In this document: in pieces, positions 1 to 8,427 of the stretch
Position numbering within the stretch: the stretch's first letter is position 1
How the letters are laid out: each line of letters starts with the position of its first letter
Source: Pseudobacteriovorax sp.
Lineage (GTDB): Bacteria; Bdellovibrionota_B; Oligoflexia; Oligoflexales; Oligoflexaceae
Direction of reading: 5' to 3'
Length of the DNA: 15,625 bases
Assembly (NCBI GenBank): GCA_050293845.1
Contig: JBNKNM010000122.1
Coordinates: forward strand, 1-15,625
Made by a program: the position numbers and the translations under genes
Notes under the pieces: generated by a model
What the model was told of the DNA's origin: nothing
Databases searched by the model: none
Seen by the model: only the letters and a program-made list of their open reading frames with translations

Positions 1-142
1 TCACATGATTTACTTCGAAGATTTTGATCAACTCGTTATTAGAGTTGAGGCAACTATGCAATATTTTAGTGAGCGGGCTGATGATGTAATGAAAGTTTTC
101 GGGAAGTTTAAGAAATTGGAAGCCGCTTCTGCAAAGGCTTAA
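1..142 (+). CDS. 3' end of a probable IS630-family transposase (partial, runs in from the window edge)
   Basis: Frame starting at base 2 reads HMIYFEDFDQLVIRVEATMQYFSERADDVMKVFGKFKKLEAASAKA* (TAA 140-142). This resembles the H-x-x-YF-x-x-F-x-x-L helical C-terminal tail of IS630 transposases. A TA junction about 28 bp later truncates the neighbouring gene. Confidence 0.6.
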   Translation, partial: HMIYFEDFDQLVIRVEATMQYFSERADDVMKVFGKFKKLEAASAKA

Positions 143-171
143 AACCCAAAAAAATTATCTGGATTACTATA
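1..171 (+). mobile_element. Right end of a probable IS630-family insertion sequence (end ...ATCTGGATTACTA at 169, target TA at 170-171)
   Basis: A transposase-like tail is followed by a short non-coding end that abuts a TA dinucleotide lying inside a Leu codon of the LolA-like gene. IS630 elements duplicate TA. The left end is outside the window, so the IR pair cannot be confirmed. Confidence 0.55.
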
Positions 172-562
172 GTTCCTTTTCTAGCGTAGCATTATAATCT
201 CCATGCCATCTCATACGGCTAATGTCACCGTTTGAGGCTTGACCAGAAATTTTTTGATTTAAAGATACTCTTAAGGAACGATTTATATTTGGTACATATG
301 CCCACATATTTTCTTCGATCATCAGAAAATTCTTTCCCACATCACGTCGTGGTTTTAACGTTTTAATAAGGCTTCTATCTTTACCACCAATAGAAATTTC
401 AAAACGATTATGACTACCATCTGATGACTGTACACTTACTTCCATTCGATATGTATGCGAGGGGTTTCTGATTTCATCAGCTTTCATGAGAATTGTATCC
501 GCATCAATGGCAAAGACATTACTTGCGAATAAAAATGTCATAATGATAATTCGATACTTCAT
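167..562 (-). pseudogene. Outer membrane lipoprotein-sorting protein (LolA-like family), N-terminal half, truncated by insertion
   Basis: Signal peptide MKYRIIIMTFLFASNVFA, family-like motifs ILMKADEIRNP, DVGKNFLMIEENMWAYVPNINRSLRVS and GQASNGDISR, and RBS AAGGA upstream. It is only 131 aa, whereas such proteins are typically about twice as long. The TAG stop is supplied by the IS end (167-169). Confidence 0.75.
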
Positions 563-591
563 GCTGGATTCCTTTTTAATTATATATCCAC

Positions 592-645
592 TGCTGGAAT
601 AGGCTAAACGTTAGATTAACTAACGTTTAACCCTAGTATCCAGCA
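592..645. repeat. Long imperfect inverted repeat (hairpin) in the PKS / LolA-like intergenic region
   Basis: Perfect 10-bp arms TAAACGTTAG (605-614) / CTAACGTTTA (620-629) with a 5-nt loop, extended by TAGG/CCTA (600-603/632-635) and TGCTGGA/TCCAGCA (592-598/639-645). Confidence 0.75.
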
Positions 646-686
646 CGCTTCACTAAATCCACCAAAGGTGAATGCAGAGCCTAATA

Positions 687-3600
687 TTAGCCAACACTGG
701 CGATAGTTTTATCAACAATTATCTTGTTCAGTGTCTTCATAAGTTTTTCAGGTAAAGGCATTTGAGTGACATTACCCTTTTTGTCACTGTTACACCAAAT
801 TGCTTTATGCTCACCAAATGCTAATTTTTCATCTGGCCCAATTGGATTCACTTTATAAAATTCAAAGTACAATCCTAAACCTCCATCGTATAATTCGGAT
901 AAGGACATACTCACTCTGATTTCGTCAAATGGCATAGCCTCGCGGAGGTGCTTTATCGTGCAATCCTTGCATCGGAATTCTCCCTGCTCTCCTACTCCTT
1001 GAAAATATTCTGGAATAATGCTTTGTAAGTAGTGATCCCTTGTTTTACCCATCCATATAGAGTAGTTTCCAAAATACAAATTTCCTACTAAATTGGCATC
1101 AAACAAGCTAGTTTCAAAAGTTTTTTCCTTAAGAACTATCTTATTGACTGGTCCTGTAGGGCCTTTGAATATACGAGTGCCAGGAGTAAGATTTTTTAAC
1201 GGTTCGGGTGCAGGAATATATGAGTCTTGATCGTCATTTTGAGCAACCATACTATTGATAAATTCACGGTAATAGTCCGGAAATTTTGCAGGCTTCACAA
1301 TTCCATGTCCTAAAATCTCCACCCATGTAAACCCCATTTTTCCTGTAGCAATACGCTCTTCAATTCCACTTTCACCTAATGAGATCCAATCAAAGTTCAA
1401 GGTGACAGTTGACTCATAAGCTCCACTGATTTTTCCACACCACATGCGGCCCTGCACGATACGATCTCGATTACGACACTGCCCCAACACCTCAATGGAA
1501 GACCAATTCGTTACTAAACCCCATTTTCCAGTTTCTGTAAGTTTACGGATACGATCTAGTACGGGAACTGAGGAAAGTTCTCGGGCTGAGCCCATCCAGT
1601 TAAAAAAGTGACTGAAATATATTGAACGGCTTAAGTTCGAAAATGACTTAAAATCGGGGATAAAACTGTTAACAAAAACCGATTGCCCTTGTGGGCCATG
1701 AGGCTCAGCATTTATTTTAAGAACTTTTGATAGCTCCAGATATGGCTTAAGAATTTGGTTATTTTCATCAGGTATCAAATGGTACTCCTTGGTCATAGAT
1801 GGCGGTTCACGGTAGTCGTTTACTAATGTATAAACACGATGGTCGCCATTACTAACTAGCATACTGGATATATGAACATTGCGATCCTTATCATCATTCC
1901 AAAAAAAGTCGATATGACGATCATCTAGGCGTTTGAATTTGATACTGCTATCTTTAGGTTCTATATTTAGTTCTCTTAACACCTTAGTCATACCGATGAA
2001 TCGATCATGTAGAAAAGGATCTTTACTACCCATAGCCTCAAAATTGGAGATGGCAGACTTAATTAATTCACTATCTATGGATTCTGATATAGCACTGTGA
2101 TTAACTGATAGATGACAGGGTAAAATCTTGCTGAAGGATGCATGAACAAGTCGGTCTTTTGTTGTTGAAGATATTGACAAGTAAATGCATTTTCCGCCAA
2201 GATCCAGAATATGGGAGCCGTCGGATAACTCTATTGTTTTTAAGTTCTCAACTTCATTTTCTGATAAAGATAGTCTTTGCGACAATGTGCTCCACAAAGA
2301 AACAATATCTTCTTTAGGTCCAACGTAAGTTGATGCTTGGTTGGAACCAAGGTTATATCGATTGTTATGAGCCTCGAAATTCATAAACGTCTGCTTTTGT
2401 TTGTGAATTAATTCAATGGCTCTGGGGTTAGTTTCGATACGTTCAATAAACTGTAATATGTAATCTTCCATAATTTCCAGCACTACTCCTCTGGAGTTGA
2501 GAACTTTGATAGTTGCTGCAAAGCTGGTTTCATCGATCCTCTGAACATCGGTTATGGCCATTCTTTTAAGAGTACTTTTTTCTAAAGAAGCTGGAGTGAC
2601 TTGAAGATTCGCAATACGAATCGGTAAACACTGGTTTTTGGGAATAATTAACTGTGCTGATTGTAAAAGAGCATCGCGATAGTAAGGGTCTCCTAGTATA
2701 GTCGTCATGCCAAGTTTGTCACGATATTCTGCACGAAAAATAGCCATACCTTCGTTTTCATCATCGGATTCAAGTTTATAGACTTCTTTTATACGTTGAA
2801 AACTTTTACCTTGAAATAGAATAGGACCGTAAAGATCAACTTGCGGATCAATACCCAATGGGCAAAGGGAGTTGTCAAATCCTAAGTAATTATCAATGGT
2901 TGGTGAATAAAGTACAAATTGCGCTGAAAAGTGATCCTTCTTATAACCGGTTTTTGCACAGCGTATTCCAGCTTTTACAATTAAATGTCCACACTTTGTT
3001 TTATGATCTTGTACTTCGGCATAAATTTCAATTTGGTCCCCATGTTGTCCTACAGTAATTGGATTATCAAGGAAGATATTTTCAATATTGACCCCGCCTA
3101 TATCCTCGATACCAAGGGTATAGCAGACTGCCTGTGCCATAGCTTCTAACCCAAAAACAGTTGGAAAAAGGTACGTACCCTTATAGTTGTGATCGTATAG
3201 GTACGTATCTGTGCTAGGATTAAGGGTGACTCGTGATATTACTTCTAGATCTTTATGGAATGTAATCACCTCATCGATAAAACGGAGTTTTTTGATATTC
3301 GGTAATTCAACTCCAGACATACCCATGCGAGATGTAATAATGTGTTGTTGATCACCGATAGTTGAAAAAATACCATCTAAAAATCTGTCGACACCTTCTT
3401 GAGGAAATATAGGGCTAATTCCCATAGATTCCAGCTTATCAACACTGCCTAATTTTGCTCCCATGCCTAATTCATCCCACACGCTGTAAGCTAGGCTTAC
3501 GGTATGAATATGAGGGAATTGCGACTTTAGCTTTCGTGACAGTCTGTCTAATGATTGATTTGCGAGTGCGTACCAGGCATTTCCGGGCATACCAAGTACT

Positions 3601-6600
3601 CCAATAACAGAAGTAAGGGAAGCAAAGACTTTTATCTTACTTAAATCAATTGAATTTAGAAAATTATCAGCACCTAGTATCTTAACTTTAAATTCAATTT
3701 GAGCTTGCTGAACTGATGATAGGTTGAGAGGAGATGGTTTATTTTGACCGGCCCCATGAATATAGGATGAAATAGTTCCTAATTCAGACTCTATTCTTTT
3801 TATCACTTCTGAAACCGAGTCTTTTTGTAAGATATCACATGAGTAATATTGGGCTTCAATCCCTAACTCTTTGAATTGATCTAGAGTAGCAAAAATTTCC
3901 TGACTTTTTGTACATGGTTTATCAGGTAATACTGTACTGCCGATCAAAGCGAATTTTGAACCTGTTATCTTTGCTAATGCTAATGTACATGCAGCAGTTA
4001 TCCCTTTAGCTCCTCCTGTCACTAAAATTACATCCTGGGAACCAAGCCCGGGATCATATGCTTCATGATCTTCTTTGTTGATGATCTTGAGTTTACTTGT
4101 CAGGCGTTTATTATGACTGTCATACCAAACTAAATTTATATTTTTATTTTGACATATTTCTAACTCTAACTTTTGACTTATAAAACCGTCATCTAAATCT
4201 TGATCAAAGCATAAATATGAGAGTCGTAAATCTGGTCGTTCATGATGTAAACTGCTGACAAATGATTTTAGTTGGATGAGTTGCTCGGATCTTTGTATAA
4301 AATGTATACCATGGCTTTGCGAATCAATAGGAAACTGGCCGATTTTGTGGAGATTTGTTATAAATTCGTCCGTACTAACGGTATCTAGATCAACTAAATC
4401 ATCCACAAAAATAATAATATCACGATATTTAGCTACTTCGATAACTGTATAATCAGTCAAAGATCTGAGGGTAGCTCCTTCGCCATTTTGGGCCCATGAA
4501 TCAACTATTTGCTGCGACCAAGAATTAGAAGTCAGTATGAGTGTAGATTGTAGATTCAGTGACTCAATGGGTGTATCTATACTGATGTCTTCAGCAATAT
4601 ATTCTTCCGTGAACGTGCGTACCCAAGGAGTTCGATTGCGCCTTTTAGTAGTTGAGTTTAAGTGGGGGTGACGAGGTGATGGTTCTAAAGAACTTGATGC
4701 CATCAGTATGGTTGAGGAACATCCCTCAATGGCCTCAACTAATTCCAGAATTGATGCGTTGGAGAAATTTCCAAAGTCAATTTCTCCAGCTCTTTCAAGC
4801 TTCATAGCAATGAGAGATACTAATTCATTTGCCTTGATAGAATCCATATTAAGGTCATCAAGAAGTCTCATATTTATGCTTATTGTGTCTTTTTCGAATC
4901 CAGTGAGTTCATGTACTGTTTTCAGTACGATGCTTAAAAGTGCATCTCCTTCATGACTCACGGGTGACTTAACCTCTTCTAGCTCTAAAGGGACTGTGGA
5001 AATATTCGCAAGTTCCAAAGGAATTTCAGTGCTTGCTATTAAAGACTTATTTATAGATTTAAATTCTTTTTCGCAGGGGTTTTCAATATATAACTTGTCA
5101 CTAGGATCTTCGAAAGCTTTTACAAATCTATCTTGATAAACTTCGTTCCATTTTACCTTACCTCCAGAAACAAACCATTGTAAAATAAGGTTTTTAAATT
5201 CTTCATCGCCATGACGTTCATCTACTGACAAAAGTAACGTCTTTTCAGTTAGATTTTTTTGATTCAAATTAGTTAGAATTTTTCCCGGCCCTACTTCAAT
5301 AATGATTTGATGATCTTGTGAAATTTTTTGTATGGCTTCCTTATAATGAACTCTCCCTAACATTTGTTTCTCTAAATATTCACCGAAAGGATGTTCGTCA
5401 AGTTGACGAAGTAAAAAGGAAGAGAAAAATTTTATATTACCTTTGCTAAATTTTTTATTTTTAAGGTATGCGGCTAGGCGTTTGCTGGCATGGTTCATGT
5501 AATTTGAGTGAAAAGCATTGGAAACAGGTATTTCTTGTACATTAATTCCTAATTCCTGTCCTAAGCTTACAAGTTTTACAATACCGCTTTTAGATCCTGA
5601 AATTATGGTTTGATCTTCGGCATTTAAGTTAGCAATGACGAGATAATCATCAATTTGATTTATCAACTTTTCAGCTTTGCGTTCGTCGGCTGCAATATAG
5701 GCCATGGAGCCAGAGTCTTCACCCTCTGTTGCCATAAGTTGACCACGCAAAGAGGAAATTTCGATCAGTTCGACAAAGCTTATTTTTCCTGCAGACCAAA
5801 GAGCAGTAACTTCTCCTAACGAATGTCCGGCTACGGTATCAGCATATATTCCAATTCTCTTTAGTTTTTGTGTCCAGATAGCACTAGCTGTACAAATAGC
5901 TGGTTGCGCTATTTGGGTCTGCTGGGACTGTTTGATAATATGATCCAATGAATACTGGGTCAGACGATGAGGATTATTAATAAAGTATGTTTGTACAATG
6001 GAAATGTTTTCGTCAGCTAGAGTATCTTCAGCTTGCTGCATCAAATCCTGGGCCCATTCATGGCGCAGTACCAATTTTTTTGCCATATTGAGGTGTTGTG
6101 ACCCTTGTCCGGGGTAGACAAAAGCAACGGCACCAAGCTTTGCATGGGAGGATAATGAAAACTCAGCATTACGAATTACTTCCTCTTCCTTTAGCTTGGG
6201 AATTGCATCAAGAAGGAGTTTTAACTTATTTGCAAGATCTGCTGGCTTCCATGCTACCACAGCAGCTTTGATGGGGTCGCGGTGCTGTATCTTACGGCTG
6301 CAATCAACAGCTAAGTCTAGCATTTCACCCCTACTGATGTCTCTGACTACTCTGAGTAGCTTTTGAACTTTTGCTTTCAAATCCATAGTATTGTGAGCTG
6401 ATAAAGGATATACTTCGCAATTATCATAAGTTACCATTAATTTTTCTTCGCATAGTTCAGGCTCAAAAGATTCATCGGGTTGTGGCCCTGAACTCAAGGT
6501 AACATGGGAGTTAATGCCCCCGAACCCCATCGCTGAAACCCCTGCTTTCATAATTGATTTAGGATCACAAGAATTTCCTTCGATAATTGGATATAATTGA

Positions 6601-7889
6601 CTAGCTTCTTTTTTAAACATTTCATGGGGAATTTCACAGCCAGCTAAAGGTGGTAATATGCGACGATTGACAGCCATGACAGCCTTGATCAATGCACCAA
6701 TACCAGCTGCAGCCTTTGTATGTCCTATAATGGTCTTAAGGGATGTTAATCCGATAGAAGGATGATTATTTTCTTTATCCAATGCATCAACTATTCCACC
6801 GATTTCAATGCGATCACCAAGGGGTGTCCCTGTGCCATGCCCTTCAATAAAGTCTAAATCATTAATACTATAATTTGCCATGTTATAAGCTGATTGAATA
6901 GCATGGGATTGTCCCTTCACAGAGGGAGCTGTTAGACCTCCCTTACCATCCGAAGATACACCCCAACCATTGAGTACAGCATAAATTCTATCATTATCTC
7001 TCACGGCATCTTTTAGGCGTTTCAAAAGAAGAAAGCCACAGCCTTCCCCTGGTATAAACCCTGAAGCACGACGATCATATACGCGCATATCTGAATCTGT
7101 TAGTGCTCCTGTTTTGGCAAAACCGATAAGCTCAAAGGTATCGAGACTGATATCGATACCACCAACGAACGCTATATCGAGATCTCCTTGCTTCAATGAT
7201 CTTGCAGCGTTGATTACAGCAAGTAATGATGAAGAACAAGCACCATCGATGGTATAACCACCACCATGTAAATCAAGAAAATTGCAGATTCTACCAGCAA
7301 TAGTATTTGATAAAGCTCCTGCAAGTGTATCCTCAGTTACTTCGGGAAAAACTGATTTAAAAGTATACTCTGTGGTTTTTAGGTAATTTTTAAATGCTTC
7401 ACCAGTTATGCCATGGGCTTTGGCTGATGCCATCATTGCATCTCTAAAAAAGGGCCACCTCATTCTCATAGCGTTGGTTCTAGTCCACTCTCCTGTTAAG
7501 GTATTCCCCAATACTACACCTGTTTGATAATTTTGCAGTGATGTGTGATCGTATCCCGCATCTTTAAGTGCTTTAAGGGCAACGTTGAGAGCCAACCAAT
7601 GGACAATATCGGTTCCTTGATATGTTTTTTGGGGTATTCTATAGGACTGCCAATCAAAATTAAATCCATCTATTACAGCTGCTTCAGTACCGTAAGTCAT
7701 ATCTGGAGACTTACGATCTGAACTGTAATATTTGCTAAGAGGGAGTCTCGAATCTGGTATTCTTCTGAATTGTTGACGTTTACTGAGAATGTTTTCCCAA
7801 AGTTCTAAGGGAGATCTTGCTCCCGGATACCAACATGAAAGCCCTATAATAGCGATTCCATCTTGTTCGTTCCTCATTGTTTTCTCCAT
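687..7889 (-). CDS. Enediyne-type (PKSE-like) iterative type I polyketide synthase: KS-AT-ACP-KR-DH-(degenerate PPTase)-hotdog TE-hotdog TE
   Basis: KS with PKSE-diagnostic stretches GNTLTGEWTRTNAMRMRWP and EDTLAGALSNTIAGRICNFLDLHGGGYTIDGACSSSLL (Cys 7236-7238; His in EGHGTGT 6837-6839 and GHTKAAAG 6720-6722). AT GHSLG (Ser 5820-5822) and VSNAFHS. ACP LLDDLNMDSI (Ser 4839-4841). KR TGGAKGIT with catalytic Tyr at 3570-3572. DH YLYDHNYKGTYLFPTVFGLEAMAQ (His 3189-3191), DLYGPILFQG and LGDPYYRDA. C-terminal NLVGNLYFGNYSIWMGKTRD thioesterase motif. The true start is probably the ATG at 7877, which has GGAG 6 nt upstream. Confidence 0.93.
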   Translation of the reverse strand: MEKTMRNEQDGIAIIGLSCWYPGARSPLELWENILSKRQQFRRIPDSRLPLSKYYSSDRKSPDMTYGTEAAVIDGFNFDWQSYRIPQKTYQGTDIVHWLALNVALKALKDAGYDHTSLQNYQTGVVLGNTLTGEWTRTNAMRMRWPFFRDAMMASAKAHGITGEAFKNYLKTTEYTFKSVFPEVTEDTLAGALSNTIAGRICNFLDLHGGGYTIDGACSSSLLAVINAARSLKQGDLDIAFVGGIDISLDTFELIGFAKTGALTDSDMRVYDRRASGFIPGEGCGFLLLKRLKDAVRDNDRIYAVLNGWGVSSDGKGGLTAPSVKGQSHAIQSAYNMANYSINDLDFIEGHGTGTPLGDRIEIGGIVDALDKENNHPSIGLTSLKTIIGHTKAAAGIGALIKAVMAVNRRILPPLAGCEIPHEMFKKEASQLYPIIEGNSCDPKSIMKAGVSAMGFGGINSHVTLSSGPQPDESFEPELCEEKLMVTYDNCEVYPLSAHNTMDLKAKVQKLLRVVRDISRGEMLDLAVDCSRKIQHRDPIKAAVVAWKPADLANKLKLLLDAIPKLKEEEVIRNAEFSLSSHAKLGAVAFVYPGQGSQHLNMAKKLVLRHEWAQDLMQQAEDTLADENISIVQTYFINNPHRLTQYSLDHIIKQSQQTQIAQPAICTASAIWTQKLKRIGIYADTVAGHSLGEVTALWSAGKISFVELIEISSLRGQLMATEGEDSGSMAYIAADERKAEKLINQIDDYLVIANLNAEDQTIISGSKSGIVKLVSLGQELGINVQEIPVSNAFHSNYMNHASKRLAAYLKNKKFSKGNIKFFSSFLLRQLDEHPFGEYLEKQMLGRVHYKEAIQKISQDHQIIIEVGPGKILTNLNQKNLTEKTLLLSVDERHGDEEFKNLILQWFVSGGKVKWNEVYQDRFVKAFEDPSDKLYIENPCEKEFKSINKSLIASTEIPLELANISTVPLELEEVKSPVSHEGDALLSIVLKTVHELTGFEKDTISINMRLLDDLNMDSIKANELVSLIAMKLERAGEIDFGNFSNASILELVEAIEGCSSTILMASSSLEPSPRHPHLNSTTKRRNRTPWVRTFTEEYIAEDISIDTPIESLNLQSTLILTSNSWSQQIVDSWAQNGEGATLRSLTDYTVIEVAKYRDIIIFVDDLVDLDTVSTDEFITNLHKIGQFPIDSQSHGIHFIQRSEQLIQLKSFVSSLHHERPDLRLSYLCFDQDLDDGFISQKLELEICQNKNINLVWYDSHNKRLTSKLKIINKEDHEAYDPGLGSQDVILVTGGAKGITAACTLALAKITGSKFALIGSTVLPDKPCTKSQEIFATLDQFKELGIEAQYYSCDILQKDSVSEVIKRIESELGTISSYIHGAGQNKPSPLNLSSVQQAQIEFKVKILGADNFLNSIDLSKIKVFASLTSVIGVLGMPGNAWYALANQSLDRLSRKLKSQFPHIHTVSLAYSVWDELGMGAKLGSVDKLESMGISPIFPQEGVDRFLDGIFSTIGDQQHIITSRMGMSGVELPNIKKLRFIDEVITFHKDLEVISRVTLNPSTDTYLYDHNYKGTYLFPTVFGLEAMAQAVCYTLGIEDIGGVNIENIFLDNPITVGQHGDQIEIYAEVQDHKTKCGHLIVKAGIRCAKTGYKKDHFSAQFVLYSPTIDNYLGFDNSLCPLGIDPQVDLYGPILFQGKSFQRIKEVYKLESDDENEGMAIFRAEYRDKLGMTTILGDPYYRDALLQSAQLIIPKNQCLPIRIANLQVTPASLEKSTLKRMAITDVQRIDETSFAATIKVLNSRGVVLEIMEDYILQFIERIETNPRAIELIHKQKQTFMNFEAHNNRYNLGSNQASTYVGPKEDIVSLWSTLSQRLSLSENEVENLKTIELSDGSHILDLGGKCIYLSISSTTKDRLVHASFSKILPCHLSVNHSAISESIDSELIKSAISNFEAMGSKDPFLHDRFIGMTKVLRELNIEPKDSSIKFKRLDDRHIDFFWNDDKDRNVHISSMLVSNGDHRVYTLVNDYREPPSMTKEYHLIPDENNQILKPYLELSKVLKINAEPHGPQGQSVFVNSFIPDFKSFSNLSRSIYFSHFFNWMGSARELSSVPVLDRIRKLTETGKWGLVTNWSSIEVLGQCRNRDRIVQGRMWCGKISGAYESTVTLNFDWISLGESGIEERIATGKMGFTWVEILGHGIVKPAKFPDYYREFINSMVAQNDDQDSYIPAPEPLKNLTPGTRIFKGPTGPVNKIVLKEKTFETSLFDANLVGNLYFGNYSIWMGKTRDHYLQSIIPEYFQGVGEQGEFRCKDCTIKHLREAMPFDEIRVSMSLSELYDGGLGLYFEFYKVNPIGPDEKLAFGEHKAIWCNSDKKGNVTQMPLPEKLMKTLNKIIVDKTIASVG

Positions 7890-8010
7890 AGATTCGTGTG
7901 CATCGGATACTATTGATTTTTTGCTTTATAGTTGAACATTGATTTTTGATTATAAAAGGTAGATTAAATCCATATGTAACAAGTAGAAAAAATATACCCT
8001 GCTATTACTA

Positions 8011-8027
8011 AGCAAAGTGTTGGCCAA
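8011..8027 (-). promoter_or_regulatory. Candidate sigma54 (-24/-12) promoter for the PKS operon
   Basis: Minus strand reads TTGGCCAACACTTTGCT: GG-N10-GC spacing and a close match to TGGCACG-N4-TTGCW, about 120 bp upstream of the PKS start. Confidence 0.6.
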
Positions 8028-8341
8028 TACTAGTTGAAACATTGTTATGGAACAATATTCAGAAATAATGAGTAAATTTAGAAAGGATGAAAAGATATGT
8101 TAATGGAGAGAGGTGCATAGCTTTTGAAGGCCTCTAGATACTGCTAGTTTACTGACTATCAAAAAAATGTAATCAATGCAGTGATATGTGCTGTTTGATG
8201 GATAAATAACGCAATTACTTAGTTCTAAGTTTTGTCTTGTGAACTCCTATCTAGCTGAATTTATGGAATAAAATCTATTTGTCATTATGTTTATCGTACT
8301 AAGTTTAAGAAAAAAAGTTAAGAATTATCCTTTTCTTTCCA

Positions 8342-8358
8342 TTGGTGTGATCTTTGCT
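8342..8358 (+). promoter_or_regulatory. Candidate sigma54 (-24/-12) promoter for the ABC transporter operon
   Basis: TTGGTGTGATCTTTGCT: GG at 8344-8345 and GC at 8356-8357 (N10 spacing), perfect TTGCT -12 box, about 70 bp upstream of the ATG at 8428. Confidence 0.5.
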
Positions 8359-8427
8359 TTATTGCAGTATCCAGCAAGAGATCAATATAAGAATAAATTG
8401 ATCGTCTATTTCCAATAAGGGGTAAAA

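Noticed and set aside
2858..4956. Plus-strand ORFs 2858-3058 and 4708-4956
   Set aside because: Antisense shadows inside the PKS with no recognisable motifs.
687..7889. Calling the locus a bona fide enediyne antibiotic cluster, or a PUFA synthase (PfaA)
   Set aside because: No E3/E4/E5 or tailoring genes are in the window, so an enediyne product is unsupported. The single ACP and PKSE-specific KS/DH motifs argue against PfaA.
7929..8044. Near-direct repeat TAGTTGAA(A)CATTG at 7929-7941 and 8031-8044, and weak IHF-like AATCAA sites in the intergenic region
   Set aside because: Short, AT-rich and imperfect; not distinguishable from chance without comparative data.
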